Source of the DNA: Nitrosococcus oceani ATCC 19707
GTDB taxonomy: Bacteria > Pseudomonadota > Gammaproteobacteria > Nitrosococcales > Nitrosococcaceae
DNA: 32,000 nt
Assembly: GCF_000012805.1 (NCBI RefSeq)
Contig: NC_007484.1
Location: forward strand, 1,170,001-1,202,000
Direction of reading: 5' to 3'
Part shown: positions 25,783-32,000 of the stretch, one piece after another
Layout of the letters: the number at the start of each line of letters is the position of its first letter
Position numbering within the stretch: position 1 is the first letter of the stretch
Notes under the pieces: model-generated
What the model saw: only the letters and a program-made list of their open reading frames with translations
The model's database searches: none
Told to the model about the DNA's origin: nothing
Made by a program: the position numbers and the translations under genes

Positions 25783-25823
25783 TTGGGCCGGGTGGGTATC
25801 CTTCCATCCGGCCCAATTTTTTT
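25783..25823 (+). terminator. strong rho-independent terminator after ncyA (also faces the valS 3' end)
   Basis: TTGGGCCGG(25783-25791)-16 nt loop-CCGGCCCAA(25808-25816), followed by T7 (25817-25823). Confidence 0.8.
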
Positions 25824-25830
25824 ATGCCTT

Positions 25831-28620
25831 TTAAGGATTTAAATCTGTTATCTCGGCATGTTGTTGTTCTAGTGTGCTTAAGGCAGCAGTTACTTCCTGT
25901 GCCCGCTGGCGTTCTTTTGCGACGATCTCGGCTGGAGCCCGCTCCACATAATTAGAGTTGGCGAGCTTTCCTTGGACTCGCGCTAGATCTTTACGCATTC
26001 TCTGCATTTCCCGATCCAGTCGTTTAAGTTCTGCTTCCTTGTCGATAAGCCCAGCCAGAGGAATTAGAAGCTTGAGTTCGTCTACCAGGGCAGTCGCCGC
26101 AGGCGGTGGGGTTTCATCTTTTAACCATTGAATAGAGTCCAGTTTAGCTAAGGCCGCGAGAAATTTTTGATTAGATTCCAACCGGGTCCGGTCATGGGCC
26201 TTTCCGGCTTGTAACAATAAGGGAATGGGTTTGCCAGGGGCGATATTCATTTGGGAACGGATGGAGCGTACCCCGGTAACAAAGGCGATGACCCACTCTA
26301 TTTCCGCAACGGCGTCTTCATCGATTTTATCGATTTCTGGTTGGGGATAGGGTTGCAACATAATGGTTTTTCCTTGGCGGCCAGCCAAGGGTCCCACTTG
26401 CTGCCAAATTTCCTCGGTAATAAAAGGAATGATAGGATGGGCAAGACGTAGCAGGGCTTCTAGCACATGTACCAGTGTGTGACGGGTTCTCCGCTTGGCG
26501 GCTTCTGGACTGGCCGGGTTATTGAGCACCGGTTTAGAGAGTTCCAGATACCAATCGCAATACTCGTTCCAGGTAAAATTATAGATCGCCTGGGCAACTC
26601 TATCAAAGCGGTAGTTTTCGATACCTTCGATGACTTCCTGGGTGGTTGAGTGGAAGCGGGAAATAATCCAGCGTTCTGGGGCGCCTAGCATGAGATTTTC
26701 TTCGGCCTGCTCCGGCTTGCCTTGTCTCTCAACCGATATTTCCGAAGATACATTGATCAGGACATAGCGTGCCGCATTCCAAAGTTTATTGCAGAAATTG
26801 CGGTAGCCCTCAATTCGGCCCAAATCGAAGCGGATATCCCGGCCTCGGGTAGCCAGAATAGCGAAGGTAAAACGCAGGGCATCGCAGCCAAAAGAGGGAA
26901 TTCCCTGGGGAAATTCCTTACGCGTCGCTTTTTCTATGCGCTTGGCCATGGCTGGTTGCATTAAACCGCCGGTTCGCTTGGTGACCAAAGTTTCCAGATC
27001 GATGCCATCAATGAGGTCCAGAGGATCAAGGACATTGCCCTTGGATTTAGACATCTTCTGGCCCTCGGCATCGCGAACCAGACCATGAATATAGACTTCG
27101 TGGAAGGGAACCTCTCCTGTGAATTTCAGGCCCATCATGATCATCCGGGCCACCCAGAAAAAGATAATATCAAATCCGGTGACCAGGACACTGGTAGGGT
27201 AGAACGCTCGCAGCAGGGATGTGTCCTCCGGCCATCCCAAGGTAGAAAAAGGCCACAGAGCCGATGAAAACCAGGTATCTAGTACATCCGGGTCTTGTTC
27301 TAAAGGGAGATCGGGAGGAAGGTTGTATTTTTGGCGGGCTTGGGTTTCCGTGGGTGCGACATAGATTTTGCCTTCTGGATCGTACCACGCCGGAATCCGG
27401 TGTCCCCACCAAATTTGGCGGGAGATACACCAATCTTGAATGTTTCGCATCCACTCAAAATAAATTTTGTTCCAGTTTTCGGGAATAAAGCGGATTTGGC
27501 CATTTTCTACTGCTTGAATCGCAGGCTCGGCCAGGGGGGCGGTTTTGACGAACCACTGATCGGTCAAATAAGGCTCGATGACGGTGCGGGAGCGATCGCC
27601 CCGGGGTACCATTAACTTATGATCTTCAATTTTCTCTAATAAACCGGCGGCTTCCAGATCGGCTACGACAAGCTTGCGGGCCTCGAAGCGGTCCAAGTTC
27701 CGATATCTCTCAGGGACGTTTTCGTTGAGAGAGGCATCCACCGTAAAAATGTTGATGAAGGGCAGCCCATGCCGTTGTCCCACTTCGTAGTCGTTAAAAT
27801 CATGGGCTGGAGTGATTTTTACACAGCCGCTGCCAAATTCTGGCTCCACGTAATCATCGGCAATCACGGGAATGGTGCGATCTGTCAGAGGCAAAGCAAC
27901 CGTTTTGCCGATGAGATGCTGATAGCGGGGGTCTTCCGGATGGACCGCCACTGCCGTGTCTCCTAGCATGGTCTCGGGGCGGGTGGTGGCCACTACCAAG
28001 TGCCCGCTGCCATCCGACAGAGGATAGCGCATATGCCAAAGGTGGCTATTTTCCTCTTCCGAGATAACCTCCAAATCCGAGATGGCCGTATGGAGTACCG
28101 AGTCCCAATTTACCAAGCGCTTGCCGCGATAGAGGAGTCCTTCATCATAGAGGCGCACAAAGACTTCACCTACTGCTTGGGACAAGCCCTCGTCCATGGT
28201 AAAGCGTTCCCGACTCCAATCCACGGAGGTTCCCATGCGGCGGAGCTGACGGGTAATGGTGCCACCTGAATGTTCCTTCCACTCCCACACTCTCTGGATA
28301 AAAGCCTCTCGTCCTAAATCGTGACGGGTTTTCCCTTCGGCATTTAGTTGATTCTCTACCACCATTTGGGTTGCGATTCCGGCATGGTCGGCACCTACTT
28401 GCCATAGGGTATCGTCCCCTCGCATCCGGTGATAGCGGATTAGAGCATCCATAATGGTGCTCTGGAAGGCATGTCCCATATGGAGGTGCCCGGTGACATT
28501 GGGGGGCGGGATCATAATGCAGTAGGAGGAGTCTTTCCCCTGGGGAGTAAAATAACCTTTCTGCTCCCAGATCTGGTACCAGTATTGTTCTATCGCTTGC
28601 GGGTTATAGTTTTTATCCAT
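25831..28620 (-). CDS. valS: valine--tRNA ligase
   Basis: 929 aa. HIGH-type motif [18 protein letters not shown] motif ([11 protein letters not shown]), the CP1 editing domain and a C-terminal coiled coil ([28 protein letters not shown]). Confidence 0.97.
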   Translation of the reverse strand: MDKNYNPQAIEQYWYQIWEQKGYFTPQGKDSSYCIMIPPPNVTGHLHMGHAFQSTIMDALIRYHRMRGDDTLWQVGADHAGIATQMVVENQLNAEGKTRHDLGREAFIQRVWEWKEHSGGTITRQLRRMGTSVDWSRERFTMDEGLSQAVGEVFVRLYDEGLLYRGKRLVNWDSVLHTAISDLEVISEEENSHLWHMRYPLSDGSGHLVVATTRPETMLGDTAVAVHPEDPRYQHLIGKTVALPLTDRTIPVIADDYVEPEFGSGCVKITPAHDFNDYEVGQRHGLPFINIFTVDASLNENVPERYRNLDRFEARKLVVADLEAAGLLEKIEDHKLMVPRGDRSRTVIEPYLTDQWFVKTAPLAEPAIQAVENGQIRFIPENWNKIYFEWMRNIQDWCISRQIWWGHRIPAWYDPEGKIYVAPTETQARQKYNLPPDLPLEQDPDVLDTWFSSALWPFSTLGWPEDTSLLRAFYPTSVLVTGFDIIFFWVARMIMMGLKFTGEVPFHEVYIHGLVRDAEGQKMSKSKGNVLDPLDLIDGIDLETLVTKRTGGLMQPAMAKRIEKATRKEFPQGIPSFGCDALRFTFAILATRGRDIRFDLGRIEGYRNFCNKLWNAARYVLINVSSEISVERQGKPEQAEENLMLGAPERWIISRFHSTTQEVIEGIENYRFDRVAQAIYNFTWNEYCDWYLELSKPVLNNPASPEAAKRRTRHTLVHVLEALLRLAHPIIPFITEEIWQQVGPLAGRQGKTIMLQPYPQPEIDKIDEDAVAEIEWVIAFVTGVRSIRSQMNIAPGKPIPLLLQAGKAHDRTRLESNQKFLAALAKLDSIQWLKDETPPPAATALVDELKLLIPLAGLIDKEAELKRLDREMQRMRKDLARVQGKLANSNYVERAPAEIVAKERQRAQEVTAALSTLEQQHAEITDLNP

Positions 28621-28700
28621 GGGGGTCGGCGAATCGTTGTTTATTTATTAGAGAAACGGAAAGGACAGAAATTCTGCCCGTGGTTTAAGTATTATACATT

Positions 28701-28982
28701 TCATTTATGTTTTTTATCCGCATGACCCAGATCCTTGGTGGGGGCTATTTGGTTTCTGACAAGCTGCTTTAGCTCGGTAATCTCGGGGAATCGACCGGCT
28801 TCTTTTCGCGACCAGACAAGCTTACCGTTAGCAAATATATTGAAAACGCCACCGGTTCCAGGGCGCAGCGTTAATTCTGAAATTTCCTGCTCAAAGGTTG
28901 TTAATAGTTCTTGCGCTATCCAGGCTGCTCTAAGCAACCAACGGCACTTGGTACAGTATTGGATTTCTATTTTATTAGACAT
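28701..28982 (-). CDS. SelW/SelT/Rdx-family thioredoxin-like protein (Cys form)
   Basis: MSNKIEIQYCTKCRWLLRAAWIAQELLTTF....L.L.PGTGGVFNIFANGKLVWSRKEAGRFPE is the Rdx pattern, with CxxC where selenoprotein members have CxxU. The start at 28982 is preferred over 29006. Confidence 0.65.
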   Translation of the reverse strand: MSNKIEIQYCTKCRWLLRAAWIAQELLTTFEQEISELTLRPGTGGVFNIFANGKLVWSRKEAGRFPEITELKQLVRNQIAPTKDLGHADKKHK

Positions 28983-29262
28983 ATTCCAGTATATGTTGAG
29001 TAACACTGAAAGAATTAGCGTAAGGCCCTGATGGGTATATATCTATGGAAGCGATATTGACCTTATCATACTAGGCCGTACACTTGATTGAGCATTATGA
29101 TAGTAGCAGCGGTAAACGTTTTTTATCTCCAAATCGCTCCGGAAGGCCGCGTCACAGGATACTCCCATGGTAACAATAAATTACCATTTTTATTCTTAGC
29201 AAAATCTGCGTAAACCCCCGCCCACTGGGGCGGGGATATAAGCGGGGGTCGCGCAAGCGAGC

Positions 29263-29457
29263 CTAGTCGGGTGTTTTCTGTCCATTGACGTATGCCTTGA
29301 GCGTTTCAAGGGTGGCGCCTCCCGCGCTGCACGCAAAATACGATCTTGAGCACAGCGCGGCGCTGTGCTCAAGATCGTATTTTGTCGTGAACACGAGATG
29401 GACGACAAGCCGGGTAACGCTATATCGGCCGCGTCGATAATTACGCTGCACCCTCAC
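29263..29457 (-). pseudogene. tnpA: IS200-type Y1 transposase TnpA, internally deleted
   Basis: YRRGRYSVTRLVVHLVFTTKY (N-terminal strand) is joined directly to SRSYFACSAGGATLETLKAYVNGQ (the C-terminal helix region with the Tyr). The whole middle, including the HUH motif block, is missing. The junction is a 51-bp palindrome. Confidence 0.75.
29334..29384. repeat. perfect 25+1+25 bp palindrome at the tnpA deletion junction
   Basis: CAAAATACGATCTTGAGCACAGCGC g GCGCTGTGCTCAAGATCGTATTTTG. Both arms were read off the sequence and are exact reverse complements. Confidence 0.95.
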
Positions 29458-29512
29458 TTGATTTTCCTATTACACTCTCTAATATAGGGGCGTTGTGGTA
29501 AGGTATACCGAC

Positions 29513-30706
29513 ATGCTAAAAGCCACGAAGATACGTCTCTACCCTACGAGGGAGCAGGCGGAGTTTCTGAACCGCCAGTTCGGTAGCGTGCGGTTTTGCT
29601 ATAACACCGGCCTTCGCATTATGTCTCACCGCTATAAGCGACACGGCCAATCCTTGAGCGCCAAGTATGACACCAAGAAATTGTTGCCTGTGGCCAAGAA
29701 GTCCCGTAAGTATGGATGGTTGAAGGAGGCGGATTCGGTTGCGCTCGCTCAAGCGTGTATCAATCTCGACAAGGCGTTTCAGCGTTTTTTCAAGGAAAAG
29801 AAAGGCTATCCCCGGTTCAAGCGCAAGCGTGGCAAGCAGTCGAGCTACCATTGCATGAGCGTGAGCTGCGGTGAAAGCTGGGTCAAGGTGCCGAAGCTCG
29901 GCCCCATCAAGGCTAGAGTTCATCGGTCCGTTGAGGGCAAATTGAAAAGCATCACCCTGTCGCGCACCGTTACCGGCAAACACTACGCGTCTCTCCTGTA
30001 TGAAACCGAGCAACCTGTCCCTGAGCCGATGACGGCTATCGACGCCACCAAGGTGCTCGGCTTGGACATGGGTCTCTCGCACCTGGCGATTGACTCCACT
30101 GGACGAAAAGTAGCCAATCCACGCTTTATCAAGCAGGTTCAGAAAAATCTCAAGCGCAAGCAACAGTCGCTGTCACGAAAGCAAAAAGGCAGTTCCAAAC
30201 GAGCAAAAGCACGCCTACTGGTCGCTAAGGCTCACGAGCGGGTCGCTGATGCCCGCAGTGACTTCCAGCATAAACTGTCCCGGCAGATCGTTGACGACAA
30301 CCAAGCGGTGATCGTCGAGACGCTGAAAGTCAACAACATGATGAAGAACGCCAAGCTCGCCAAGCATATCGGCGATGCCTCTTGGCACGCCTTGATCGCC
30401 AAGCTGGCATACAAGGCCAAGGAGCAGGGCAAACATCTGGTCAAGATCGACCCCTGGTTTGCCAGCTCAAAAACTTGCCATGTATGCCAGCACAAGATGG
30501 ATGCCATGCCACTAAATATCCGGTCGTGGGCGTGCCCTACCTGCCACACGCGCCATGACCGCGACATCAACGCGGCGCTGAACATCCAACATCAAGGCAT
30601 TTTGAAGTTGAAGGCGGAAGGGCTGTCCGTCTCTGCCCATCGAGGCTTGCGTAAATCCGGCATGCCGCCGGTGGCTGCCGTTGAAGTGGGAAGCTCCGTC
30701 CGATAG
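29513..30706 (+). CDS. tnpB: TnpB (IS605 OrfB-type RNA-guided endonuclease), apparently intact
   Basis: MLKATKIRLYPTREQAEFLNRQFGSVRFCYN is a canonical N-terminus. The RuvC acidic residues sit in VLGLDMGLSH, AVIVETLKVNNM and HDRDINAALNI. Zinc ribbon CHVCQHK...CPTCH. There are no internal stops. GTG 29495 is also in frame. Confidence 0.9.
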   Translation: MLKATKIRLYPTREQAEFLNRQFGSVRFCYNTGLRIMSHRYKRHGQSLSAKYDTKKLLPVAKKSRKYGWLKEADSVALAQACINLDKAFQRFFKEKKGYPRFKRKRGKQSSYHCMSVSCGESWVKVPKLGPIKARVHRSVEGKLKSITLSRTVTGKHYASLLYETEQPVPEPMTAIDATKVLGLDMGLSHLAIDSTGRKVANPRFIKQVQKNLKRKQQSLSRKQKGSSKRAKARLLVAKAHERVADARSDFQHKLSRQIVDDNQAVIVETLKVNNMMKNAKLAKHIGDASWHALIAKLAYKAKEQGKHLVKIDPWFASSKTCHVCQHKMDAMPLNIRSWACPTCHTRHDRDINAALNIQHQGILKLKAEGLSVSAHRGLRKSGMPPVAAVEVGSSVR

Positions 30707-30800
30707 GGCGGAGAGCAGTCACTTAATGGTGCGTCACAACCACCGAATTAAAGGGATAGACACTCCCAAGTAAGTTAAATTAAACTGAAGCGGAGTAAAA
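30560..30800 (+). ncRNA. predicted omega (reRNA) guide-RNA scaffold of TnpB
   Basis: This rests on position only. In characterised TnpB loci the RNA overlaps the 3' end of tnpB and the RE and ends at the element boundary. The RE-type hairpin at 30694-30713 and further small stems (GGGA-tagacac-TCCC at 30753-30767) lie here. The exact 5' and 3' ends are unknown. Confidence 0.3.
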
Positions 30801-30808
30801 AGGGGCCG

Positions 30809-31114
30809 CATTGGAATTAAACCTGGATATTTAATGGCCCTCCAGCGAGAGTGCGAAACGAAGTGGCGCATCGAGCGCGAGGGCCAAGTTGCTTGCGTTT
30901 TGCCATGAATTGGCGCTATGAGTTTCTCGTTGCCACAAGCGCGACCTATCCTCGGGAGGAGGAGAAGTGATGGGCGTGGAGGGTGGTACCCAACCGAGGG
31001 CCTTGCGCGCTAAGTCGTGGCCAGCCCGAGGCGCCCGTTGAAACGCGAATTTGCTAGGCTGATAAGATTTTGTAGGAACAAAATTGAAATGAGTCATGGC
31101 GAAACTCCAAAGAA
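30809..31114. repeat. repeat family copy C (306-bp long form, no nested hairpin)
   Basis: The left module is cattggaattaaacCtggat...ccagcgagagtgcgaaacgaagtg...gttttgccatGaattGgcg (as in copy A). About 155 nt of unique sequence follows. The right module is gtaggaacaaaattgaaatgagtcatggcgaaactccaaagaa (as in copy B). It contains its own imperfect hairpin, TGGCCCTC (30835-30842) ... GAGGGCCA (30879-30886). Confidence 0.7.
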
Positions 31115-31124
31115 AGGAATTGTA

Positions 31125-31715
31125 ATGAGAATAATAGTTTGTATAAAAATTGGTATTTTAATGCTGATTTTATCGAGCATGGGATGTGCCACTAGTGGGG
31201 GAGAAGAAAATGTTGCTAGCTCCGTGGATAGTGGCTTAGCAGCAGTTGAACAAGCAGCACAGGGGGGAAGACAAGCGATTGAATCAGGAACAACCGCCGC
31301 TAAAAATATGGAGACTGGCCAAGCTGATTTAGCGGATATTTTAGTTAACCAATTAGGTGTTTCTAACCAGCAAGCCATGGGAGGTGCTGGCGCAATTTTC
31401 CAAGAGGCCAGGACTAACATGAAGCCCCAGGATTTTACAACCCTATCTCAATCCGTGCCAGGAATGAGCGATATGCTAAAAGCGGCACCTAAAGTGTCTG
31501 GTTCGGCGCCAGGTATGGCTGGCGGCCTTTCCTCAATGATGGGTGATGCGAACAATGCATTAGGAAGCATGGCTTCCTTAGCCTCCTCATTTCAACAATT
31601 GAATCTTTCTCCTGATATGGTCAGCCAATTTGTACCCGTAGTGACGAATTACGTGAGGAATACTGGCGGGCAAGCAGTAGCTAATTTATTGCAGTCAGCC
31701 TTAGGTACGCCTTGA
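31125..31715 (+). CDS. DUF2780-family lipoprotein
   Basis: RBS AGGA lies 7 nt before ATG 31125. Lipoprotein signal MRIIVCIKIGILMLILSSMG/C. The body LVNQLGVSNQQAMGGAGAIFQEA...DF..LSQSVPGMSDMLKAAP...LASSFQQLNLSPDMVSQFVPVVTNYVRNTGG fits DUF2780. The longer track ORF (31017) reads through repeat C. Confidence 0.65.
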   Translation: MRIIVCIKIGILMLILSSMGCATSGGEENVASSVDSGLAAVEQAAQGGRQAIESGTTAAKNMETGQADLADILVNQLGVSNQQAMGGAGAIFQEARTNMKPQDFTTLSQSVPGMSDMLKAAPKVSGSAPGMAGGLSSMMGDANNALGSMASLASSFQQLNLSPDMVSQFVPVVTNYVRNTGGQAVANLLQSALGTP

Positions 31716-31747
31716 TTTCGGTAATATCGATTCAAATAAAGCGGAGA

Positions 31748-31785
31748 GGGAGAAATAGGTTTATCGCTATTTCCCCCTTGCTTTG
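31748..31785 (+). terminator. rho-independent terminator of the DUF2780 gene
   Basis: GGGAGAAATAG(31748-31758)-gtttatcg-CTATTTCCCCC(31767-31777), with one mismatch, followed by ttgctttg. It sits exactly where the intI reading frame breaks off. Confidence 0.55.
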
Positions 31786-32000
31786 CCGCGTTGCAGCAAA
31801 TGTGTGGCAAAACTGTGCCGAAAGGTATGTGCAGAAACTCGCTTGGTAATACCCGCTTGTCGAACCGCAGCCTTGATCGCCTTATTGATCAGCGATTGAT
31901 CTATAGGATGGCGTCGAGTCAAACCCGACAGAGGATCTACCGATAGCGAACGGGCCGGAAACACATATTGCCAGCCCCATTCCCGTTCGGCATGAGGATA
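31767..32000 (-). pseudogene. intI: integron integrase IntI, 3'-truncated (5' part outside window)
   Basis: The frame is open to the window edge. It reads [72 protein letters not shown], then KARGK-stop. The WQYVFP...S.DP.SG..RRH segment is the IntI-specific insertion and [12 protein letters not shown] is box II. The expected DIRTVQELLGH....Y (catalytic Tyr) is absent. Confidence 0.8.

Larger units (their letters stand above)
29201..30800 (+). mobile_element. IS200/IS605-family element (dead tnpA, intact tnpB); ends approximate
   Basis: A divergent tnpA remnant and tnpB are flanked by two similar same-strand 8-bp/4-nt-loop hairpins. They are CCCCGCCC-actg-GGGCGGGG (29216-29235) and CTCCGTCC-gata-GGGCGGAG (30694-30713), as expected for LE and RE. 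The left end lies somewhere near 29197-29201. The right end lies anywhere from ~30725 to ~30805. Confidence 0.6.

Noticed and set aside
25831-28620. Many 60-97-aa ORFs on both strands inside valS.
   Set aside because: They are all embedded in or antisense to a full-length, motif-complete valS, so they are shadow ORFs.
30851-31075. GTGCG at 30851 and the structured interior of repeat C could be a group II intron or other ribozyme.
   Set aside because: About 225 nt is far too short for a group II intron. There is no domain V-like hairpin and no RT ORF. The GTGCG is part of the shared repeat left module.
30831-31097. 88-aa minus-strand ORF inside repeat C (MTHFNFVPTKSYQ...ALSLEGH), with a good GGAG-N7-ATG.
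   Set aside because: The start region and the end region are repeat modules that also occur in copy B, where the 'gene' interior is replaced by a hairpin. The differences among copies show no codon-position pattern. I treat it as a structured DNA or RNA element, though translation of a short peptide cannot be excluded.
7574-31766. A genuine integron cassette array inside this window.
   Set aside because: The attC-like sites are 13-22 kb apart and separated by core genes (valS, slyD, UDG). There is no series of short ORF-plus-attC units, and the window lies on the 3' side of intI. Only a relic or dispersed-attC interpretation is kept, as a low-confidence finding.
1-32000. CRISPR arrays, tRNA or rRNA genes, retron or DGR-type reverse transcriptase systems, and classic defence-island ATPases or nucleases.
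   Set aside because: I found no regularly spaced direct repeats, no cloverleaf-like sequences in intergenic regions, no RT-like ORF, and no large NTPase or nuclease ORF other than TnpB.

Overview
This is a chromosomal window of about 50% GC. It most likely comes from an ammonia-oxidising gammaproteobacterium (Nitrosococcus-like). That is an inference from a nitrosocyanin-type red-copper cupredoxin sitting among ordinary housekeeping genes (valS, slyD, family-4 UDG, M42 peptidase).

Layout:
- 1-11.5 kb is accessory and decayed. It holds a compositionally mosaic TPR/beta-barrel gene plus two exported-protein genes, a rhomboid protease, a hydrolase pseudogene, a surface-antigen-like gene and a cytochrome c'-like gene. 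It also holds an orphan RHH gene abutting a nest of a dead IS630-like element and an IS5-family element with a CTAG target duplication, followed by YihY and DUF4242 genes.
- 11.5-16.9 kb is a tightly packed orphan biosynthetic cluster: a degenerate PTPS-like gene, an MDR dehydrogenase, a RibD-C reductase and a GT4 glycosyltransferase. It is divergent from a CDP-alcohol phosphatidyltransferase and an ICMT-like methyltransferase.
- 17.0-20.1 kb is a retropepsin-like / 7TM inactive-transglutaminase / RimK-like ATP-grasp triad.
- 20.1-21.0 kb is gene debris.
- 21-29 kb is core genes plus a MarR-protoglobin-nitrosocyanin module.
- 29.2-30.8 kb is an IS200/IS605 element with an intact TnpB and a dead tnpA.
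- The right edge is a DUF2780 lipoprotein gene abutting a 3'-truncated integron-integrase gene.

A three-member structured repeat family (8135-8275, 21658-21770, 30809-31114) runs through the window. Two copies carry an identical nested 33-nt hairpin.

I saw no rRNA, tRNA or CRISPR array. All homology calls are by-eye motif recognition and nothing was computed. Mobile-element boundaries are approximate.
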